From positions 4,645,709-4,709,708 of the forward strand of contig CAJINV010000002.1 in assembly GCA_905178155.1 (NCBI GenBank): 64,000 nucleotides of DNA, in the 5' to 3' direction. Below the pieces are notes generated by a model. That model was not told where the DNA came from and made no database searches. It was given only the letters and a program-made list of their open reading frames with translations. The position numbers and the translations under genes are program-made. The DNA comes from Amoebophrya sp. A120 (taxonomy: Eukaryota > Protista > Dinoflagellata). Shown piece after piece: positions 1 to 12,000 of this stretch. Each line of letters opens with the position of its first letter. The stretch's first letter is position 1.

Positions 1-140
1 CGTGGTCCATCCGCCCCAGTGTTTTGCGCGCGTGGTCCATCCGCCCCAGTGTTTTGCGAGTGAGGTCCATCCGCCCCAGTGTTTTGCGAGTGAGGTCCGT
101 CCGCCCCAGCGTTTTGCGAGTGAGGTCCGTCCGCCCCAGT
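1..140. repeat. 30-bp tandem repeat (>=4.7 copies, runs off window start)
   Basis: Unit (c/t)g(t/a)ggtcc(a/g)tccgccccag(t/c)gttttgcg(c/a)g at 1, 31, 61, 91, 121. Reads TGADGPHSQN-type decapeptides on the minus strand. Confidence 0.95.
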
Positions 141-230
141 AAAGGGAGCACCGCGCTCAAGCTTTAGACTCTGCGATGAGCGACCCCGCGCTCTACCCCG
201 CGCGCCGTCGCCCCTCCTTCCCGTCCTCGC

Positions 231-1589
231 CTAGTTCTTCTCTTCCCCCCCCGCCCCTGCGACCGCACTATTTTCCCTAGAGATTCCTTCCCCCGAGCTA
301 GTATAATTCGTCACAGAAGTACTAGACCCTCCTCCCAGTCGCGCTCGGGTGGAAATCGCTTGCTGCTCGGACGAATCATGACTCGCATCCAGAATCGGTG
401 CTCCCGGAAAGGACGACGAGGATGCTGGTCCCCCCGGACGATAATGAGCCACGCTCGTAGTAGTGTTTTCGAACATCGGTCGACTCCCATCCGGGTACCG
501 TTCCAGCGACTCCGGATGCACGTGCTCCGCGTTGACCGCGTCTGCCGCTGCGGTCTCCGCGAGGGTACTCGGGTCGTTTTTCAGCAACGCGACTCTTCGC
601 CGCCGCAGATTTGCCGCGCGGGCGAGAATGGAACCGGTCTTCAACGCCAAAAAGCAGATCCGTCCGCACTCGCCGACGGTGAGAAGCACCGGGCCTTTGT
701 CCGGCCAGCAGGAGGAGTGCTGCATGCACTGGATCGTGTTCATCCGCCGGCCCACGTTCGTTTTCCAGAGGAGAATTCCGGACTTCGCATCCACCGCAAT
801 CACGTTCCTGTCCGAAATAATCGCCAGGACCGGGCGCTTGATGGTTTTCGACACATTTTTTGAGGTGGACTCCAACTGCTGTGAACAAGAAGTTGTAACA
901 CTAGATCCCGCGACGTTGCGACCAAGATGCTCGTCTTGACTTACACTGGTGGTGCCCACAAGGCTTTTGCTTCCACCACCACCATAGTTGCCACCCACCT
1001 CGGCGTGCTGCAGGTCCTGTTGTGCTGAAGTACAACTAGAATGCGCGCTGGTACCTCCTCCAGAGAAAAACTTCCGAAAGAGCCCACCGACAAGGGATGT
1101 GGTGGTCGTTGTCGTGGTTCCAGATCCACCAGGCTGAGAATCTTGTTTATCTGACGCAGCAGCTCCTGTAGCTTTTGTACTTTTACTTTTAGCCCCGCTG
1201 CTCTTCTCGTCTCCTCGTCCTGGTGCTGCATCTTTCCTTGCGCCTCCTGAGCTTGTTGTGCTTGCTCCACCAACTACACCAGCAGAAAAAACTGCGCCAA
1301 ACGTACCTCGCAGTCCACCTCCGATTTGGCCCCCGCCGCTTGTACTCCCGTAGAACGAGTACAAATTTTTCTGTTCCTCTTCGCGCTGGACAACGAACTG
1401 GAGCTTTCTCGGGAGAGAGTTGATGTCCTCAAACTCCACTTCCTCACCAGCAAGCGCGTTCAATGGCGGCCCGTTGGACCCGAAAACCGCCACGCCCTGC
1501 CATTCCGGGATGCGCGTGTCCGAGATTTTCTTTAGTGTGGGAAGGTTAGAAGATGTTGGACCAGTTGTAGAGGTGGAACCCAGCAACAT
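231..1589 (-). CDS. Hypothetical low-complexity protein with a short beta-propeller/PQQ-like segment; main exon only, upstream exons probably extend to ~2390
   Basis: 452-aa ORF, S/T/G-rich. The segment VLAIISDRNVIAVDAKSGILLWKT...LLTVGECGRICFLALKTG resembles propeller blades. Upstream splicing not resolved. Confidence 0.55.
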   Translation of the reverse strand: MLLGSTSTTGPTSSNLPTLKKISDTRIPEWQGVAVFGSNGPPLNALAGEEVEFEDINSLPRKLQFVVQREEEQKNLYSFYGSTSGGGQIGGGLRGTFGAVFSAGVVGGASTTSSGGARKDAAPGRGDEKSSGAKSKSTKATGAAASDKQDSQPGGSGTTTTTTTSLVGGLFRKFFSGGGTSAHSSCTSAQQDLQHAEVGGNYGGGGSKSLVGTTSVSQDEHLGRNVAGSSVTTSCSQQLESTSKNVSKTIKRPVLAIISDRNVIAVDAKSGILLWKTNVGRRMNTIQCMQHSSCWPDKGPVLLTVGECGRICFLALKTGSILARAANLRRRRVALLKNDPSTLAETAAADAVNAEHVHPESLERYPDGSRPMFENTTTSVAHYRPGGPASSSSFPGAPILDASHDSSEQQAISTRARLGGGSSTSVTNYTSSGEGISRENSAVAGAGGEEKN

Positions 1590-3000
1590 GACGTTGAGGT
1601 CGGCTTCTTCCTATTATTTTGTTCTTCGCCGATGAAAAACAAGAAGCGTTTCGTCCATGCTACAAGAACCTAGATGGAGTGCAGATGCAACGCTGTGAAT
1701 TCGCCCCGTGCCACCTGGTAGTCGTTGTCTCGCAGCAGAGCAGTCGTGCCAACAGACAGGTGCTGGAAGTAGAGAGCATTTTCTCGTCGTCTCGGAAAAG
1801 GAACAACGACAGGGCTGGCCTAGCACTCGCCAAGAGAACAAGACTGACAGCAATTTTTACAACATGAGTGAACTAGTATATGAGAGCGTAAAAGTTAAGA
1901 GACAAACTCAAACAACAAAAGCAAAATCATGATAACACCGATAAATCAAATACGATTTGACTTTCGCGAAGCGTATGTTTTCAGATCACATCGTCATAAT
2001 TTCGCGTGCGTGCAGAGGAGGAAAAAAAGATTGAGTGGATGCTGTTTGCAATCGAATGATTGGAAACAAGAAATTGAAGTTTGTTTGGATAAACAACTTC
2101 TCCCGCGTCAGTTTCGCACGCGAGAAATTCCGGTTCACCACACGAACGCTCACATCAAGACAATCGCCTCCCTCATTCAGAACCTTTCCAAAAAAAAACT
2201 CTTCAGCACCAGCTCCTGTGTGTTCCTGGTTTATGTGCAGTTTTCTCAGTTGCAAGGTCGTCCTGTCATCTGATGCTCATCTCAATCACATGTAGTCGCT
2301 CTTCATAAGGATGGATCGCTCGTAGGAGACCTTATCAAATCGCTTTTCAGGGGGAAAGGGGAACAACATCTTCCTACTCATTCTTGCCATTAATCCGATC
2401 TCGCAGATGAGCCGGTTAGCTCCTTGCTCTGCAGCTCTACCAACCAAGCTACTGATACAGTGGCGTCCAACGCCAGGTGGAGGTGGACCACTCGCACCAT
2501 ATCCTACATGATTCTTTCATTCTGACTGTCCTTGAAGCCTCACGAAAGTGAGGCAGAGCGAAACATTAAAGGAGATCCGCGAAGTTTTTTGCATTTTTTC
2601 GGCGTACGAATTATCTCAGAAATCTGATCATGATGCAGCTGATAGTTGAAATTCAAATTGCGTGTGACTTGTTTCTTAAATTGTTTCGTGTAGCACCAGC
2701 ATATTCGTTGTTATCGACATGGTAGTGAGCGAGTGGCTCTAGTGTGAATTTCAAGTTTAAGTGTGTTTCCTTTTTCAGCACGGTTGTACTTACTTGTTGA
2801 CCGACGTTCCTGTAGTTGTGAAAAACAAGAGGTAGATGTTGAGGTTTAGGTTTTTACAAAGGGAACAAAGGGTTACAGCTTACATTATTTCATCTGCGAT
2901 TTTTTTGTTCGGTTTCATCATACAGATAACGTAGAGGTTATAGCGAGCGATCCCACGCATTAACATTATCAATCAAGCACCTCTACAACACCACCCCTCC

Positions 3001-6000
3001 TCAAGCCGGTGAGTCCGCCCCGGCCGACGCACTTTCCCCCGCCGGACTGTCCCCGCCACCTCCGTCCACTGCGGCCTTTGCGGCCTGCGCGCCGTCTTCG
3101 TCGTCTTCCAGTCCTTCCAACGGGTCGTTGAGCACCTCGAAGACACAGTCGTAGGAGGATAGGAATTGTGACTTCTGCGTGAACTGGAAGTGGAGACTTT
3201 TCCTCGCCTGGTCGTCCATTTGGTTGTATCGGACGTCGAGATACTCGAACTTGAACTCAGGCTCCTCCCCCCGTTTTCGGTTCCAATCGTCCAGAAATTG
3301 CCGCACGCACTTGATCGCGATCTTGTTGCTGTTGCAGTTTAAATGCAACAGTCGGCAGATGTGGTTGTCGCCCGTGATGAAGTCGAAAACCGGGACAATG
3401 CGGTTGCTCCCCATCTCGTTCCGCGCGACATCCAGAATCTGTAAGTGCGGGCAGGCCCGGAGGATGTACGGCAACGACTCCCCTCCCCCTAACCGGTTGC
3501 TCGCGAGATAGAGCTCCTCGATCGAGTTTCCCTCGGGGATCACCCCGTCGCTGATCGACACGATGTCGTTGTCGTCCAACCACAAGACGCGGCAGGTCTC
3601 GGGCAGGTATTCCAAGATGATCTCCGCGCCTTCGTTCCCGATCCCGCACCCCCACAGGCACAGTTCCTGGAGAATTTTGCCCCCCTTGTTCATGAACCCC
3701 TGCTGAATGGCCACCGCGCCCTCCAGCCCCAACGGCTTCTTGCTCAGGTTCAAGACCTTCGGGGTGCGGAACTTCAAATTGTTGGTCACTTCCTTGAACG
3801 CAAGCGCTTGCGCCTCGGGCATTTTCCCGTGCACGGAAGACAAATCCCCGTGCGACCGGGCGGTGGAGGGGGGCGCGGTGGTTGGACTGGTGTCCCCGCC
3901 AACCGAGGACGCCTGCTTCTTCCCGTGTTTTCTTCGCGGTGCGTTCGCGGCGGCCTCCTGCTTCGCCTCCTCGTACAGCAGAGAGCGCGGGCACTCCACG
4001 AACCGGCAACTCAGTTCCTCGATTCCGACGTTTAAATTCGGATCCAACCGGTACCGCATAATCTCCGGCAGACCGGCCAACACCGCGAGAAACTGCCCCT
4101 GGAGGAGATATTGCTCCTCCCCGCAAAGGTACTCCAACTCGTTCCTCCTCGCGGGGTACAAAGTGTTCAGAGCTCCCAGGTCAATCTTCGTTTCAAACAC
4201 CACCCGGAGGTTGGCCTCTGGGTCTAAATCCGGCAAGGCGTCTTCGTTGTTTAAATTCAGAAACGCGGCCCCGGAGTCGGACTCTTCCTCGTCTGATCTT
4301 TTCTCTTGGTTTGTTGTTCCCTGCTCCGCTTTCTGTTCTGAATTCGGTGCCTGTTGCTGTTGGTCTACTGAGGTTTTGTCTTTACTGTCCCCACCCGCGG
4401 TTGGATCCTGCTTCGGAGTGCCTTTGCTCTTGGAAGCGGATGCATTTTGATTTTCATCTTCCTTTTTCGTTCCGCCGGGCGTTGTTTTATTATTCGCGCC
4501 CCCCTTGTCCGGCGTTTGTTGTTGACTCGCGGTGGTCCCTCCTGCTTTTGACCCCCGTTTCTTGAGTTCCGGCGTTCCTGGCTTCTTGTCCTCGTCTTTG
4601 GATTTCCGTGTTAAAGACTTTTCGTTCTTTTCCCCGAGTTCCTCTTGCAGCCCTCCTTGCAGGGCTAAAACGATTTTTGTTTTCACCAAGTGTTCCTCCG
4701 CGGATTTGATCTCCAAGTTATTCACCACCACCCTCTGGATCCGCTGGTACGCGGTTTTCCGGCAACCCTTGTGGTCCGATATGCAAGAAAAAAACTGTGT
4801 AAGTTTAACTTTCTTGGAGGAACAGCATCACAAGTTTGCTCTGCATGACAGAGAAAACCTGTCATGCGTAGCTAGTATGTGAAAACACGTACGAAAAGTG
4901 CCTCTGTTGCATGTCCAGCATGACAGTTGTGACTGTCTTGCATCGTCTGCAACACAAAGTTACACTTACACAGTTTTTTTCTTGGATATCCGACGTGAAG
5001 AAGTCGCTGTGGATGTTCGACGGGACAAAGGACAAAAACATGCGGACAAAGGGGACGTTGTTATCCTGTGCAAAAGCATCACACTCGTAGTAATTGCAAT
5101 CATGCATTACAAATCTCTGTCTTAAGGCAAATCAGCATTACAAATTTCATTTTTCATGCTGAGGAAATTCAAATTTGTAATGCATTTATACGAGTACGAT
5201 ACTTTTGCACAGGATAGTTTTGCTTCTTCTGCAAATTGTAGCAGACTTCGGAGGTCCAGATGTTGAGAAAGTACTTCCGGCCCCAGATGGGGTCCCGACA
5301 CTCCTTGTCAAATGCAAAAATGTCTGGGTCTGGAAGATTTGAACTTGTCATGGTAAATCTAAATGATGCAAAAATCTGTGTTGCGTGAGTGCCAAAAGCT
5401 GGCCGCTTTTGACCAAGTTGAGAGGGAGCTTCTCATGCAGGAAAGGCATGGTAGAGACCTCAAAGAATCTGTCATGCTGGGTCTCGCATTCCAGACCTCA
5501 TGGGTCATGGAAAACCTGCATCACAAATCTTGCATTCTTCCAGACCCAGACATTTTTACATTTGATACTCCTTGTAATCGGACAAATGCTGCACGGGTTT
5601 GTCCACCAGCTCCGACATCTGCAGCAGTATCGGCAAAATGTGCGGCCGCAGCATCTCCATGTTGTCCAAAAACGCTTGTCGTATCGCCTCCTCCTGGATT
5701 TTCCGTAGCCGCTCCTCCTCCGCTTTCCTCGTGGATAACACAGCGGATTTCTTCTCCCGCTTCAACTTTTCCACCTGGGTAACGTCCAAACCATCCAGCT
5801 CGTTCTCGCTCATGGCCGGGGTCGTGACCCGGTCCACGGAATCGAGGTCGTCTTCGTCCTCCTCCTCGTCCTCCTCTTCTTGGATAGAGGGGGTGGGCGG
5901 GGGGGAAACCCCCTTGATGTGGATGTAGGAGTCCTTTTGGGTTTCCGGCAGCATCTGGTCGAAGTACGGGTTTTTTTGCTTCAGCCGCTCCTCGGGGGGG

Positions 6001-9000
6001 ATCATCCGCACATAGCAGTTTCCGAACTCGTCCACCAGCTCCACCCAGCCAGATTTTGCCGAATACCCGTGCTTCGCCTTCATCTTCACGATCAACACGT
6101 AAGCGTACCGCCCTTCCACATGTTGAATGATGATTTCGTCGTCGTGGAGCAAATTTCCAATCTTCGGCAGGGTCGCCGCGCCCTCCCACTCCTCCGGATC
6201 GTCCAAATAATTGGAATCTTTGTTCACAAAGTGCTCTGGGTTGTTATTGACATCCCACCGGAATTCCTGAAACCGCTTCACCTGCTCCAGTTTCCCGGTC
6301 TTCCTGTTCCTTTGCTGTTCCGTGTGTCTCAAACAAGACTTTCGGGTCGGGAACAGCTTCATCACGACCGTGAGTCTCGCCCGGAAATCGTTGTTCAAAA
6401 TGATATTCACTTCCTCATCCGAGACGTGGGACCCAAACGGGCACACGCGATACACCACCGCGGAGGGGTCGAGGGAATGGTCCGGATTCGCGTTCTGCGG
6501 AATTTCTCTTCCGTCTTTCATCATCATCAGCTGCGAAAGAGAATCCATCGGCTGGTCGTACGGATTGGGAATCGGCTGTATTTTTGGCTTCTCCTCCGTA
6601 TACAAATGGGCGTTCGACGCTGAACTGCCGCCGGCTTGCTCTTGTGGGACCCCCGGTGGGATGATGTTTGGTGGGAGCTGCTGCTCCTGCGCTGAGTTAC
6701 TACTATTTGGATCAACACGACCAGGACCACGAGACGAGGGGTCGTGCTCAGTTGTGGTCGTCCCCATTTCCACATCGCCTGTATCGTTTTCTTCTTTCGG
6801 TATCGGATTGCCGTCCTCGTCGTACTGTACCTCCTCGTCGTCCACAAAGTCTCCCGGGTGGTCCAGCATTTCGTCAATAATGGACGCGCGGAACATGCCT
6901 TGACTGCTCACCGCTAGCGGCTGGAAAAATCCGACGAAGGGGCAGTAGCCGTGCTGTGGAACCCAGTTTTCGTGCCGATCGTCGTCATCCTCAAACTCGT
7001 CCCTCAAAGAGTACAGCGGCGGACACAACACCCGGCACACGTCGTCCTGATTTTGCCGGTTTTTTCCGTCGTTTGCATTTGTTCCTGGGGGTAGCAGGTC
7101 CGAATTCTGCACCCATTCCACTAACAGCACGCACCCCTTCGTGAATCGGGAGCACGTATGGGATTCTCAACCGTTACATATACATTCTCGCCTGTCACAT
7201 AAATCCGTGATGCAGTAACAGCAAAAGTGAAAGGGGAAACCTTGCGCGTCTTGCATTACAGATCTGGGACGGATTCCTGTGCCATCTAGCGCATCGATAA
7301 GTTGTCATGCGAAGAAGGCTTGATCGTGTGAAAGAAGAGTGATAGCATAGTGATTTTGCATGACAAATCAGGCGACAGTGGAGAATGCAACGTTTGAGAA
7401 TCCCATAGCACGCTTTCTCCGGCTCGAAGGTGCCGTCCTCGAACACCTCCACATCGTTGGTCACAATGTGCAGCTTCCAACCGCTATCCATTGCAAAAGT
7501 ATCTATTCATATCACTGCAGCTTTCTATATCTGGATCAGCACGACAAATTTCACGTTTTTCTTCTGGAAAATTTGTCTTGCAAAAAGTTCTTCCGCAAGT
7601 ACGATACTTTTGCAATGCATAAGCCCCCGACGCCAGCAATTGCTGCATCGTCGCCCGCGTGTCGGTCCAGAGATTTTTCCAATAGGGTTTTTTCCCCGTC
7701 GCCGGTGTCACATCGAACGTCAGCTTCCAATCGCACAACTGCCGCCCGTGGTCCAAAATTTGCATTAACTCGGGTAATGTTTGGAACACCTGGTGTCGGT
7801 CATCGATCCCGCCCAACTCGTGGTAGGGCAGCTCCTCGATCGGCAAGGCCTTCATTCGGAATTTCAGGGCCGCCTTCCGGATTTTGTTCAGATACCCCTT
7901 GGCGAGGGACGACATGACGTTCGCGTCTTCTATCCGGTCCTTAGGGTACTGCAAATCGTACGTGGTCGACACGACTTCCGGATCCGATTCCCAGTAATCC
8001 CTTTTCATGTGCGCGGTTTCAAATTCTTCCTGCCAAAACCTCGCGTTCTCCTCTTCCACCTGCTTGACCGCTATGGCGTTCTCAAATGTTCTTACATTTT
8101 CAACTGTTACATAATTTGCCATGCAAAACCCTCATCAGCATCTAGATTTATCAACCTGCTTCGCATGACAAATTTCCGAAGGGCTAGACAGCATCTAAGT
8201 CTGTAGTACCAAACCTGTATTGCAAGACGCGCAAGGTCACCCCTTTCACTTTCGCCATTCTTGCATTACGAATTCATGTAACAGTTGAGAATGTAACATT
8301 TGAGAACGCCATAGCCGCGTCCTCCGCGTTCTGGATCTTCGCCTCCTGGAGCTTGTCCGCCCCGGATTGCCCGCCGACGCCGCGTCTGCCCTCCACTTTG
8401 TCCGCCATGTCGTCGGACTTTAATTTTTCTTCCTCTTCATTCAACGCGGATAGTTTGGCCATCTCCTCCTGCCGCCGTTGCTCCCACTTGTCGATTATGC
8501 ATTGCAAAAGCATCGTACTAGTATAAATTGCATAACAAATTTTTTCATAAGGAAAAATGGAATTTGTCATGCTGATTCACCTAAAAAAGGATGTTTGTCA
8601 TGCCTGATAGCAATTACTACAAGTACGATACTTTCGCACAGGATATCGATGCGCTTTTGCCTCGATTCCTCCAGATCCTTCCTCGCCAACTCCTCCAATT
8701 TCTGCACCCCGATCTTCCGCTCCTCGCCCCGTCCGGACTTCTATGAATTGCAAAAGTATCGTACTCGTACAAATGCATGACAAATTTTTCCCTCAGAATG
8801 AAAGCTAAAATTTGTAATGCGGATTTAGCAATGCATGATTGCAATTAATACGAGTACGATACTTTTGCACACGATAGCTTCAGCATCTGCTCGATGTTGT
8901 ACAGTTCTCGATCCTTGTTCGTGATGTGCAAGTGCGACCGGTGCTTCCCCTTCTCGTAGGGGAGGGACAGGGTTTTCAGCGTTTTCACGTCCTGAATGAT

Positions 9001-12000
9001 GAATTCCTGGTAGTGATCGTCCGTGACGAGCTCCGCAACCTTCTGCAACTCGTTCGGGGCCAGGCGCATGCGGTCGCCCCACCGGAGGACAAACCCGTCT
9101 TGGACGGTGGGAATCTGCTTCTCGATTTGCGTGGAGGTCGAGTGGGAGGAAACGCTGTTTTGAAGATACATAAGAAGAGCATAATTTTTAGGCTTTTCGT
9201 CATCTACCTCTACGTCACGTCAAACCTCCATTCCTATACCGAGCATTGGGCCCCCGTGCAACATAACAATGACACGCTGCCTAGTACGACTAGCAGCGAC
9301 TTTCAGTTTCAATCCACCGTGCATGGCGAATTAGGGTAATACTTAATATCCGATCCGTATCTACGTGAGTTAAGCCCACGCCCGCAAAAACTACTATCAG
9401 TAGCTTAATCAAAACAAAAACCTGCTTCCTTGTTTTTCCGCCCCCTCCTTGACTATCCGGTCTTGCTGCATCTGCTCCCGGAACAAGGGTTTTCCGTCCG
9501 GCAGCATCAGCGTGACCCAGCCCTCCTCGATCGGCATGCCCGGCAGTTTCGGCACCGTCGTGACCCGGGCGCGAATCCCGGCGACCACGGAAAAAAGAAC
9601 GAGATCCCCACCCCGTAGAAACGCGACGTCTTCTGATTCGATGTCCTGCTCCTCCTGGATCGGCAGCAACACCCGCTCCGGGAAATCCGCGAGGAAAACG
9701 ACGCCCGAAATAGCCGTCCCGCGTTCGTCCAACACCAGATTCTTCACCAGAGGTCGCTTATCCAACGAATACACCTTCGTGTACCCCACCGTGCAGTTCG
9801 CGGGGTCGCAGAGATCCATCAACTCCTTCTATCGTAAGGAAAAATCCCCCCTCCCCATATCGAAACGGTTTCTTTTGAAAATTTGTGATGCTGATCTGTG
9901 CCCGCAAATCAGGTCTGTCTTGCAAGAGAGCCAAGCCAGGGCTTCCGCCGCTTTCTTACGCGGGGGATTTGTAACGCCGCTGCGCAAACAGGGCAGACGT
10001 CTGCCATGCTGAGCGCCCACCTCTAGCCAGCTTCTTCCGGGCTTTGTATCTGCCTGCACCTGCAGTTCTCTACTGCAAGACAAAGCTGATTTGTATACAC
10101 ACATCCCGCATCACAGATTGCCATTTTTATATGGGGAGGGGTGATTTTTCCTTTCGATACCTTCGACGCGTACACATTCTCCTTCGTGGGGATTTGCGGC
10201 AGCAAGATTTTCGCCACCCCGGTCTCCGGATTCAGTTCCGTCAGCACGATAATTCTGCCCTGCTTCACCAAGCGGGTTGGCGTTACGTTCTCGTCCATGA
10301 CCGCCCCCTCCGGTGGGAGGCGACCCTCCCGCCTGGCCCGCCTCTCCGCGATCTCCCGCTTGTTCATGCGCTCCCCCGGGAGTTTCAGCGAGTAGTCGTC
10401 TGTCTTTTTGTTCCGGATGGGTTTGTCAAACACCTTATGCATTGCAAAAGTATTGCACTAGTTGTAGTTGTAGTTGTAGAAATTGCAATACAAAAATTCA
10501 TCTCCAGCGATTAGTAATGCTGACTCACCAAAAAAGAAAATTTTATGAAGATGCTGTACAACTGCAAGTGTAGTACGAACGCGATAGTATCGAACTTTTG
10601 CAGGGGATACACCTCCAATTGCCAGGACTCGTCCTTTGCGACCCCCTCGCTGGCCTCGCCGACGATGCCCAAGTGCCAGGTCTGGGAAATCAGCAAGTCC
10701 TCCAAACCCCCGTCGTGCAACACCTCCCGCAGATCCCAGGTCGCCCGGACCGCACTCCCCGGGTTCAAGTAGTAGGTCCGGTTCCAAATCACGTCTCGCG
10801 CCTCCCGCCAACCGCCGGTGACGGTTTCCCGCTGGATAATCACCATGTTGTTCGCGTGCACGGCGGTCTCGTATTGAAAATCGCTCTTGTACACACGCTG
10901 CTTCGGATCCTGCTCGTACTCGGGGATGTTCTGCCGCTCCAACTCGGCTTCCTTCTGCATTTCCATGATCTGCTTCCGCGTAAAGCCGCTGTACTTCGTT
11001 TGCTTCGCGATCATCTCCGCTTGCGACAGGTTCCGGTCCGCGTTCGCCGCGTCTTGCGCTTTTTTCTCGGCCGCGAGTTTCATGTCGATCTCGGATTTCA
11101 ACGCGGTTCGCGCCATGTCTTTCTTTGATTGTTCCACTTCGGACAAAGGCAAAATCTTCGAAAACAGGGCTTCGCCCGTCTCGAACAGAACGAGAGAGAC
11201 CCACCCGCCGCGAAAGAAATTATCCGCCTCGATGTCAATCACCGATAACTTCGCGACGCGCGCGTCGCCGAGATCCAGTTCCTCATCGTAGTCCGGGTTG
11301 TCCACTTCGGTATAAACGTGCGCGATCTGCGCTCGGGACCCCACGATTTGGAGGAAGGACAGCTGCGTGTTGGGCTGGAGCCGGCCGAGAACGCGGCTGT
11401 GGTGGAAATCCCGGGATTCCGTGACCAGCACGCACCCGTCTTCCGTGATCCCCGGCACGTCCTTCAGCTCCGCAAGGTAACTGTACTTGTTCGCACCTCT
11501 TTTTGGCTTTGCAGGTTTCACTCTCGCTGCAGAGGAAGCAGCTCCTCCAGCACCAGCGCCGGCTGCACCTCCAAAGTGCTTTTCCTGAAACACCTTGTTC
11601 CGTGCCTTCGCCGTCATGGTCACCGATCCCTGGTCATCGTCCTCGAACTCGGACAAGGACACCCTCCTGGCCGTCCCCAACTGCATCCGTTCTTTCGGAC
11701 TTGTCGGTGAGTCAAATTGGTCGGGAAATGCGATGTCCGCCAAGTCCTCCGGCTTCGGCTCCCAGCCGACCACCCGGCCCCACCGGGAACGCAACGCGTT
11801 CTCGTGCAGATCCTCCGTCGGGACGTAGTTCAGCATGCGGCCCATCCGCCCGATCCGGATCGGCGGGTCGTTCAGCGGGAGGCGGTCGACCGTGTGTAAA
11901 GAGAGTGAGCTCACGGCAGGTTTATTGTTTTCCTCTTCCTCTCCCTCGTTATTGTTCCTCCCGCCGCCTTTGCTCGTCGACTTGAACCGGACCCCTGGTC

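Noticed and set aside
1-140. CRISPR array or telomere repeat
   Set aside because: Contiguous 30-bp units with no spacers, no cas genes, a eukaryotic context, and not TTTAGGG-like.
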